A stretch of DNA of 64,000 nucleotides, taken from positions 54,630-118,629 of the forward strand of contig JBKHJG010000006.1 of the NCBI GenBank assembly GCA_046538235.1. The letters are read 5' to 3'. The DNA is from Dehalococcoidia bacterium (GTDB lineage: Bacteria > Chloroflexota > Dehalococcoidia > GIF9 > AB-539-J10). Position numbers and translations under genes: made by a program. How positions within the stretch are numbered: the first letter of the stretch is position 1; the number at the start of each line of letters is the position of its first letter. Below, in pieces: positions 33,566-40,804 of the stretch. The notes beneath the pieces were generated by a model. That model saw only the letters and a program-made list of their open reading frames with translations. It was not told where the DNA came from and did no database searches.

Positions 33566-35224
33566 ATGCTGAAGCAAGAACTGGTCGGGTGTTTGCAGCA
33601 AGCTGTAGCGGAGGCCCAGCAGAGGGGCGCCCTTGCTCAAACTCCTGTGCCAGACGTGGTGATAGAGCATCCCCAGAATCCGGAACACGGGGATTTCGCT
33701 TCGGGCCTTTCCCTGAAGCTGGCCCGTGCCATGAAGATGTCGCCCATGGCCATAGCGGAGATAATCTGCCAGAACATGTCTCCGCTGCCGGCAATCGACA
33801 GGGTGTGGGTTGCTGCGCCGGGTTTCATCAACTTCACTCTTCGTGATGAATGGCTGAGCAGGCAGGTGGAGGCGGTCCTGTCGGCCGGCGAAGCGTATGG
33901 CGATGTTGAGGTAGGCCAGGGCAAGCGGGCGCAGCTTGAATTCGTGAGCGTCAACCCCACGGGACCTCTTCACGTGGGGCATGGCCGCGGCGCCGTTCTG
34001 GGCAGCACCCTGGCCAATGTGCTTGCTTCGTCCGGTTTCTCGGTGCAAAAGGAGTATTACGTAAACGACACGGGCAGTCAGATAGATAACTTCGGCCGTT
34101 CTCTCTATGTCCGTTACCTACAATGCCTGGGCAGGGATGCTGCCATGCCTGCGGGCGGCTATTACGGCGATTACATGATGGACCTGGCCAGGGAAATCGT
34201 GGAGGAGGAAGGCGACAGGCTGTTGCTGCTGCCTGAGAGCGAGGCAGTTTCGCAACTGGTGGATGTTGGGTTGGCCCGGATGTTACAGCGGATCAAGGAT
34301 GACTTCGCGCTGCTGAACGTCGATTTTGACAGATGGTTCTCGGAGAAAAGCCTCTATCAGGGCGGGCAGTATGACAAGGCGATGGAATTGCTCGAGCGCG
34401 GGGGCTATGTCGCGAGAAAGGAAAACGCCACCTGGTTCGGGTCAACCTCACTGGGGGAAGACAAGGACAATGTGCTGGTGAAGAGCGATGGCTCTCCCAC
34501 CTATTTCGCCTCTGATATTGCCTACCATTACGACAAGTTCCTGGAGCGGAAGTTCGACCTGGTGATTGATGTCTGGGGCGCCGACCACCAGGGGCATGTC
34601 CCTCGAATGAAGGCGATGATGAAGGCCCTGGGACGTGACGCTGAACAGCTGAAGATAATAATCCACCAGCTCGTCACCCTGCGGAGGGAAGAGGAGATAG
34701 TGAGGGCATCCAAGAGGACGGGCGATATTGTGACGCTGCGGGAGCTGATAGAGGAGGTGGGACCGGATGCCTGCCGCTTCTTCTTTCTCTCCCGTTCTGC
34801 TGACAGCCAGATGGACTTCGATATAGAGCTGGCCAAGCGGCAATCGGCGGACAACCCTGTGTATTATGTGCAGTATGCCCATGCACGTATTGCCAGCATT
34901 CTGCGACTGGCTAGGGAGAGGGACATAGACTACGGCAAGGGCGATGTTGCCCTGCTTTCCACCGAGCCGGAGCTAACCCTGATCCGCCGGCTGATACTCC
35001 TGCCCCAGATCGTAGAGCGAGTGGCAATCACCCTCGAGCCTCACCATCTGCCGCACTACGCCCAGGACCTGGCCACAGTGTTCCATAGCTTCTATAAGCA
35101 GTGCCGGGTTGTCTCTGAGGACGAGGCATTGACCAAGGCACGGCTTAAGCTGGTCAAGGCAACTCAGATCGCCCTGGCCAAGGTCCTCCACCTCATGGGC
35201 ATGGCCGCTCCAGACAGGATGTGA
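33566..35224 (+). CDS. argS: Arginine--tRNA ligase
   Basis: FVSVNPTGPLHVGHGRGAVLG (HIGH), DVWGADHQGHV, and the C-terminal DALR anticodon-binding pattern. Start at ATG 33566 (MLKQELV). Confidence 0.9.
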   Translation: MLKQELVGCLQQAVAEAQQRGALAQTPVPDVVIEHPQNPEHGDFASGLSLKLARAMKMSPMAIAEIICQNMSPLPAIDRVWVAAPGFINFTLRDEWLSRQVEAVLSAGEAYGDVEVGQGKRAQLEFVSVNPTGPLHVGHGRGAVLGSTLANVLASSGFSVQKEYYVNDTGSQIDNFGRSLYVRYLQCLGRDAAMPAGGYYGDYMMDLAREIVEEEGDRLLLLPESEAVSQLVDVGLARMLQRIKDDFALLNVDFDRWFSEKSLYQGGQYDKAMELLERGGYVARKENATWFGSTSLGEDKDNVLVKSDGSPTYFASDIAYHYDKFLERKFDLVIDVWGADHQGHVPRMKAMMKALGRDAEQLKIIIHQLVTLRREEEIVRASKRTGDIVTLRELIEEVGPDACRFFFLSRSADSQMDFDIELAKRQSADNPVYYVQYAHARIASILRLARERDIDYGKGDVALLSTEPELTLIRRLILLPQIVERVAITLEPHHLPHYAQDLATVFHSFYKQCRVVSEDEALTKARLKLVKATQIALAKVLHLMGMAAPDRM

Positions 35225-35296
35225 AGGGCTGCGGGCGTGCCTTCTCGGTTCGTGTTTGAGACGGGCGAGATAGTGGATAGAGGGCATATTGTACTA

Positions 35297-35325
35297 TTGA
35301 CAAATGCGTAGCGAGAATCTATGAT
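35297..35325 (+). promoter_or_regulatory. Candidate strong sigma70-type promoter of the surface-protein gene
   Basis: TTGACA (35297-35302), 17 nt spacer, TATGAT (35320-35325). Confidence 0.5.
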
Positions 35326-35579
35326 ACTATCAGGCTTCGAAGGACTAGGGTAATGCAGCAGAGCGTGATTCGAGGCGATGCCCGGCCGGTGGTGGCCGAG
35401 GAACGAAGGGGCCTGCCCGGGGAAGGGTGTGGTGAACGGCTGCTCACGAGTTAGAACCGAAAAGGCCCCGTCCCTCACTGAGGCTAACTGACCTGCTGCG
35501 GGGAAGGCGTTGCATAACTGCGTAGAAAAGAACTGGCTTGAAGCCAGGGAAGCGATATTCACGGGGAGGTAAAGATCTG
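35326..35579 (+). ncRNA. Long (~250 nt) GC-rich 5' leader, a candidate cis-regulatory structured RNA of unassigned class
   Basis: It lies between the promoter above and ATG 35580. Complementary segments include GGGGCC (35408-35413) with GGCCCC (35464-35469), the hairpin GGCC-GGTGGT-GGCC, and CTGGCT-TGA-AGCCAG just before the RBS. No convincing ORF. Confidence 0.3.
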
Positions 35580-38246
35580 ATGGAAGGGAAATTGCGAGCG
35601 ACGCTGCTGGTATCCTTGGCGCTGGCGCTGGTGTTGGGACCTCTGTTTTTGGTGGCGGGGTTCGTTGGGGCGGCTCCAGTCGAGGTTCTGTTCACAACAA
35701 GCGGCACCCACAGCTGGGTGGTTCCGTCGGGTGTAACCAACATCACGGTGAAGGCCTGGGGTGGTGGGGGTGCTGGGGGAGGTAGCACCAATGCCGGACC
35801 GTTTTCGGGCAGGGGTGGTGGCGGCGGAGGGGGAGGCGCATATGCCAGTTCAATTCTGTCGGTAACGCCCGGGCAAACGCTTTCGATCGTGGTTGGCGCA
35901 GGAGGAGTTGGGGTATCGGCAGGCGATGGTGGAAATGGTGGTGACTCATATGTAGGGCCGAGCGGGAGTCCACTCGTTCGTGCGGCAGGGGGGTTGGGTG
36001 GAACGGCAAACACAGCGGGGGGAAGCCCACCGGGAGGGGCAGGTGGCGCGATAGCGAGTTCTATAGGCGAGACCAGGATGGCGGGGGAGGATGGTGACCC
36101 GGGCGGCACCTGTTTTGACAGTTGCTCGGGTGCCGGTGGACGTGGCGGCAATCTGGGCGGTGCGGGAGGTGCCAAGCTATGTGGCCCGTTTGTTACAGGT
36201 GCGGGCAATCCCGGAGCCCAGCCCGGCGGGGGTGGTGGTGGAGGGCGGACGTCCCAGTATAACGGGGCCCGGGCCGGTGGCGCTGGTGGTGTGGGCAAGG
36301 TCATAATCGCCTATGGAGTAGAGGAAGAGGTATGTGCCACGATATTCCCGGCAACGAATGTGTACGACCTCGCGAACCCCGGCGATGTGACGACGCTCAT
36401 CACGTGGAATGATTCGGCAAGCGTAGCTTCCATCCATGACGGCGCGGGCTACCTGACGGCGGGCACGGACTACACGGTGAGCAGTCATGATGGGACTGGC
36501 ACGCTGACCGTCAAGAATGCCTACCTTGCTGGCAAGCTGACAGCGGCGGGCCAGAGCGTAGTGCTGACCATCACGTTTGATGATGACTGTGTAGCCACCT
36601 TTACCATATCGGCAGTTGACACATCACAGGCAGAATGCGCCACTGTCTCGCCGACAACCAACCTATACGACCTGGCCAGTCCCGGTGATGTGACGACGGT
36701 TATCACGTGGAATGATTCGGCAAGCGTAGCTTCCATCCATGACGGCGCGGGCTACTTGACGGCGGGCACGGACTACACGGTGAGCAGTCATGATGGGACT
36801 GGCACGCTGACCGTCAAGAATGCCTACCTTGCTGGCAAGCTGACAGCGGCGGGCCAGAGCGTAGTGCTGACCATCACGTTTGATGATGACTGTGATGAGG
36901 CCTTTACGATATCGGCAGTCGACACGTCAGAGGAATGCGCCACCATCTCGCCGACCACCGGCCAATATGATCTGGCCAGCCCGGGGGATGTGTCGACGAC
37001 CATCACCTGGAACGACGTTACCAGCATAACCTCTATACATGACGGCACGGGCTACTTGACGGCGGGCACTGACTACACGGTGAGCAGTCATGATGGCACT
37101 GGCACACTGACCATAAAGTATTCTTACCTTGCCGGCAAGCTGACAGCGACGGGTCAAAGCGTGGTGCTGACCGTAAACTGCGACATAAACTCCAGCGATA
37201 TCTGTGCAACGCCATTTATCATCATGGCACTGGGCGAGCCAGAGGTATGCCCCACCATCTCGCCGACATCACGCCAGTACGACCTGGCGAGCCCGGCAGA
37301 TCAAACAACGACCATCACCTGGAACGATGCCTCGTCCATCGTATCCGTCGTCGATGGCAGCACCACTCTGACCTTGAATACGGACTATACGGTGTCTGGC
37401 AACACGCTGACTATCCTCAATGCTTACCTAGCGGGCAGACTGACAGCTGCCGGTCAAAGCGTAACGCTGACCATCAACTTCGATATCTGTACACCGCCCA
37501 CCTTTACCATCACAGCGATCGATTCCTCAGTGGCATGTCCCACCATCTCGCCGACATCGCGCCAGTACGACCTGGCGAGCCCGGCGAATCAGACAACGAC
37601 CATTACATGGAACGATGCCTCGTCAATCGTATCGATCGTGGATAATGGCACTACTCTGACGTTGAACACGCACTACACCGTGTCTGGCAATACCCTGACC
37701 ATCCTCAATGCTTACCTTGCTGGCAAGCTGACAGCTGCCGGTCAGAGCGTGACGCTGACTATCAGCTTCGATATCTGTACACCGTCCCCCTTCACCATCA
37801 CGGCAATCGATAGTTCGGTGTCGGAATGCGCCAGCATCTCGCCGACAGAGCGTGAATACAATCTGGCTGACCCGGATGATGTGAACACGCTCATCACGTG
37901 GCGCGATTCTCCGCACGGCATTGCTTCCATATATGATGGTACAGCCTATCTGGCGCCGGGCACGCAGTATACAATCAGTCCCTACAACGGCACGGCGAGG
38001 CTCATCATCCTGAATGCCTACCTTGCTGGCAAGCTGACAGCAGCGGGCCAGAGCATAGTGCTGACCATCACGTTTGATGATGCCTGCGTAGCCACTCTGA
38101 GGATCACGGCGGTTGACGAGCCAGTGGTGGTGGGACTGACCGGATATCAGGTGAACAAGTTGGCGGTCATAGCGCCCTGGACAGCCCTGTTGGCAGCGAT
38201 GGTGGTGGGTGTCGGCCTGTTGATGCTGAGGCGGCGACGGACGTGA
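35580..38246 (+). CDS. Large cell-surface protein: signal peptide, glycine-rich domain, six X2-like (carbohydrate-binding-module-like) repeats, and a C-terminal TM anchor with a basic tail
   Basis: The N-terminus MEGKLRATLLVSLALALVLGPLFLVAGFVGA is signal-like. SGTHSWVVPSGVTNITVKAWGGGGAGGG... is the glycine-rich domain pattern. The six repeats are of type C.TISPT...YDLASP.D..T.ITWND..S...I.DG...L..GTDYTVS....TLT....YLAGKLTAAGQSV.LTI.FD. The C-terminus is LAVIAPWTALLAAMVVGVGLLMLRRRRT. RBS GGGGAGG precedes the ATG. Confidence 0.8.
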   Translation: MEGKLRATLLVSLALALVLGPLFLVAGFVGAAPVEVLFTTSGTHSWVVPSGVTNITVKAWGGGGAGGGSTNAGPFSGRGGGGGGGGAYASSILSVTPGQTLSIVVGAGGVGVSAGDGGNGGDSYVGPSGSPLVRAAGGLGGTANTAGGSPPGGAGGAIASSIGETRMAGEDGDPGGTCFDSCSGAGGRGGNLGGAGGAKLCGPFVTGAGNPGAQPGGGGGGGRTSQYNGARAGGAGGVGKVIIAYGVEEEVCATIFPATNVYDLANPGDVTTLITWNDSASVASIHDGAGYLTAGTDYTVSSHDGTGTLTVKNAYLAGKLTAAGQSVVLTITFDDDCVATFTISAVDTSQAECATVSPTTNLYDLASPGDVTTVITWNDSASVASIHDGAGYLTAGTDYTVSSHDGTGTLTVKNAYLAGKLTAAGQSVVLTITFDDDCDEAFTISAVDTSEECATISPTTGQYDLASPGDVSTTITWNDVTSITSIHDGTGYLTAGTDYTVSSHDGTGTLTIKYSYLAGKLTATGQSVVLTVNCDINSSDICATPFIIMALGEPEVCPTISPTSRQYDLASPADQTTTITWNDASSIVSVVDGSTTLTLNTDYTVSGNTLTILNAYLAGRLTAAGQSVTLTINFDICTPPTFTITAIDSSVACPTISPTSRQYDLASPANQTTTITWNDASSIVSIVDNGTTLTLNTHYTVSGNTLTILNAYLAGKLTAAGQSVTLTISFDICTPSPFTITAIDSSVSECASISPTEREYNLADPDDVNTLITWRDSPHGIASIYDGTAYLAPGTQYTISPYNGTARLIILNAYLAGKLTAAGQSIVLTITFDDACVATLRITAVDEPVVVGLTGYQVNKLAVIAPWTALLAAMVVGVGLLMLRRRRT
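36333..38125 (+). repeat. Six in-frame tandem repeats with periods of 303, 300, 312, 288 and 291 nt
   Basis: The conserved first Cys codons fall at 36333, 36636, 36936, 37248, 37536 and 37827. 36399-36591 and 36702-36894 are identical except for one base. Confidence 0.85.
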
Positions 38247-38302
38247 GATAGGGCAGACAACGGCGTGAGGGTGTAGCGCAGGCCGTTATCGGATGCGCCC
38301 GT

Positions 38303-38758
38303 CTACTTGGGCCTTATCACCAGAATGGGCAGTCCCGATTCCCTGAGCACGTGGTCGGCGACGCTGCCGAAGACAACCCGCCCTAATCCGCTGTGTCCGT
38401 GTGTCGCTATACATATGAGGTCGATGGAATTGTCACGGGCGTAGGTCAGGATGGCGTGGCCTGCCGGCGCGGGCTGAAGTATGATGGGTTCAACGTTAAT
38501 CCCTTTCTCCAGCAGCGGTCGTGCTATGCCATCCAGGTAGGCCTTTATCTCCGGTTCCTGTCTCCGGATCTCCGCCTCGATGATATTGCCCGTCCACGTG
38601 GCTATTCCCTCCGCGCCCAGATAAGCGCTGCTGGGGATGGTCATGACGCGGAGCAGGGTCAGTTTGCTGTTGAACCGCAGGGCCTGCTCTACGGCATAGG
38701 GCAGGATCTGCTCTGCGAGTTTGGAACCGTCCAGACAGACCAGAAGCTTCTCAAACAC
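38303..38758 (-). CDS. Universal stress protein (UspA family)
   Basis: MFEKLLVCLDGSKLAEQILPYA...ICIATHGHSGLGRVVFGSVADHVLRESGLPILVIRP. GTG start, with GGAGG lying inside the upstream gene's 3' end. Confidence 0.85.
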   Translation of the reverse strand: MFEKLLVCLDGSKLAEQILPYAVEQALRFNSKLTLLRVMTIPSSAYLGAEGIATWTGNIIEAEIRRQEPEIKAYLDGIARPLLEKGINVEPIILQPAPAGHAILTYARDNSIDLICIATHGHSGLGRVVFGSVADHVLRESGLPILVIRPK

Positions 38759-38759
38759 T

Positions 38760-39887
38760 CTACCCTCCTTTCCGTTTCAAGCCGAGTTCCTCGCTCAAGT
38801 GCAGGTAGTTCAGGATGTCGGCGCGGTTCACGATCCCGGCGCATTTGTTGTCATCCATAACCAGCACCTGGTTGACATCATGTTTCGTGATGAGCTTCAT
38901 AACCGTGTTCAAATCATCTTCAGGTCTCACGCGATAGAGCGGATCACGGGTCATGATTGCGCTGACGGGCGTATCCGCCCATTTCTCTGGCGGTAGTTCC
39001 TTGACGTCGGTGACAGTGGCAATACCGAGGACCTTTTCATTCTGGCAGACGGGCACGGCCCGGCTGATCTGTCTTCGGAGAACGTTGCTCACCAGGCCCG
39101 AGACGGTGGTATCAGGGCTGATGGTCGTCGGATTTGCCGCCATGACATCTCTGACCCGCACTCCGCTGAGTTGCTGACGCATGACGAGCTCCCGACGGCT
39201 AGCGTCCGCTGAGCTGCTCAGGAACCAGCCTATGAAGGCAAGCCACAGGCCTCCCAGATTGCCGGCAAACACCTGGAACAGACCGAAGGCGATGATGCCC
39301 CAGCCCATGAACCGTCCGACAGTTGCAGCTATGTTGGTTGCTTTGACAAGGCTGCCGGTCTTCTCCCACAGTATGGACCGCAGCACACGTCCGCCATCCA
39401 GAGGGAATCCGGGCAGCAGGTTGAAGGCGGCCAGAATGGCGTTGATCAGCGCCAGATAAGCGAGCATACCAGCTACGGGCCCCTGTTGGTCACCTGCCAG
39501 TTGCAGCAGTCCCCAGCAAATGCCGGCCAGAGCAAGGCTGGTCAGTGGCCCCACTATGGACACAGCGAGCTCGATCCTGGGTTTCTCCGGCTCATCCTCC
39601 AGGTTACTGACACCGCCAAGAAGAAACAAGGTGATGCTGTGCACGCTCATGCCCCGGGCCCTGGCTACCAGGCAGTGGGCCAGCTCGTGCAGCAATACCG
39701 ACCCGAAGAGCAGAAGCGCCGCCACGACACCTGTTATCCAGTACGTCACTGTGCCCCATCCCGGATACATCTGTGGAAAGAACGCCCGGGCCAGGGACCA
39801 GGTGAGCAGCACAAAGATCAGTATCCAGGTATAGTGAATACCGATATCAATGCCGGCAATCCTGGTGAGACGAAATGAACTCTTCAT
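38760..39887 (-). CDS. Site-2 protease family (M50) metalloprotease with a C-terminal CBS pair
   Basis: HELAHCLVARARG (HExxH), ...NLLPGFPLDGGRVLR..., then VRDVM...V..... / ...IMTRDPL...VMKLITKHDVNQVLVMDD (CBS). Confidence 0.85.
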   Translation of the reverse strand: MKSSFRLTRIAGIDIGIHYTWILIFVLLTWSLARAFFPQMYPGWGTVTYWITGVVAALLLFGSVLLHELAHCLVARARGMSVHSITLFLLGGVSNLEDEPEKPRIELAVSIVGPLTSLALAGICWGLLQLAGDQQGPVAGMLAYLALINAILAAFNLLPGFPLDGGRVLRSILWEKTGSLVKATNIAATVGRFMGWGIIAFGLFQVFAGNLGGLWLAFIGWFLSSSADASRRELVMRQQLSGVRVRDVMAANPTTISPDTTVSGLVSNVLRRQISRAVPVCQNEKVLGIATVTDVKELPPEKWADTPVSAIMTRDPLYRVRPEDDLNTVMKLITKHDVNQVLVMDDNKCAGIVNRADILNYLHLSEELGLKRKGG

Positions 39888-39933
39888 GCTATGTCATCTC
39901 AGGCATAGGTTGCCGGTATCATACCTTTAGGCC

Positions 39934-40404
39934 TCAGTCCTTCTCCTCTTGCGGCCTGATAAGCAGGATAGGTAGGCCCGACTCCCTGAGCACCTGGTCC
40001 GCGACGCTGCCGAACACTGCCCGCCCCAGGCCGCTCCGTCCGTGTGTGGCTATTGCAATCAGGCTTACGTTGTTGTTATCCGCATAATTGAGGATGGTTT
40101 CGCCGGCTCTGCCCATCATGGCCACAGTCTCCACCTGGATGCCCTTTTCACGTAATGGTTTGGCCAGCCTCTCCAGGTAATCCCTGGCACTGTTCATTGC
40201 CTCCTGTGTCGCTTCAACCATAGCGTCGGTCTGTATAGGCACAGGTTCTGCCCCGGGTATACCCGGGCTGTAGGCTACAGGCTCGGGGACCGCCTGGAGC
40301 AGAACAAGCTGGCCGCCAAAAGCACGTGCTTGTTCCCGGGCGTAGGGCATGATTTGCTCAGCAAGTTTGGAACCGTCAAGACAAAGCAGTATTCGTTCAA
40401 ACAT
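39934..40404 (-). CDS. Universal stress protein (UspA family)
   Basis: MFERILLCLDGSKLAEQIMPYA...IAIATHGRSGLGRAVFGSVADQVLRESGLPILLIRP. It is a paralog of 38303-38758. Confidence 0.85.
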   Translation of the reverse strand: MFERILLCLDGSKLAEQIMPYAREQARAFGGQLVLLQAVPEPVAYSPGIPGAEPVPIQTDAMVEATQEAMNSARDYLERLAKPLREKGIQVETVAMMGRAGETILNYADNNNVSLIAIATHGRSGLGRAVFGSVADQVLRESGLPILLIRPQEEKD

Positions 40405-40804
40405 GTTGGCCTCCTTCCTAAAATTCGCAGAGAAACTCGATCTTGTCAGCGACCAGCGACCATCCTGCCTGCACCGGCCAGCAAGCCATCCGGCAGTTCA
40501 GCTCTTCGTTCCTGAGGACCTTACTCCAGGAGCGATAAACCGATCCTCCTAACGGGATTATATGCTACATGTGAATCCGTTATCAACTCAGCCACTTCAG
40601 CTAGTTTCTGGCGTCATCAGACGCGGGTTTGGCTATTGTTCTACACAGGGCACACAGAAATCCGCGGTTGAAGCCCTGACGGTGGGTCTTATGTTTCCGT
40701 TATTCTGCTAATATTGCGGGTGCTATAATCTTGGCCTCTCAGTGACAGAGCAGGCAAGATACTACCGAAGCAAGGATTGCCGATAAAGCGGGAGGTGCCA
40801 GAAG

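Noticed and set aside
35326-35579. Naming the surface-protein leader a ydaO (c-di-AMP) or c-di-GMP riboswitch
   Set aside because: Only fragments of the ydaO 3' half are vaguely similar. The hallmark GGGGACCCA and GGGGTGAATCC segments, and the GEMM ACGCAAAGC core, are not present. It is left as an unclassified candidate.
35444-36304. 286-aa Pro-rich minus-strand ORF (PPAPP repeats)
   Set aside because: It is the reverse complement of the Gly-rich (GGN) coding region of the surface protein: CCN codons opposite GGN. It has no independent start context.
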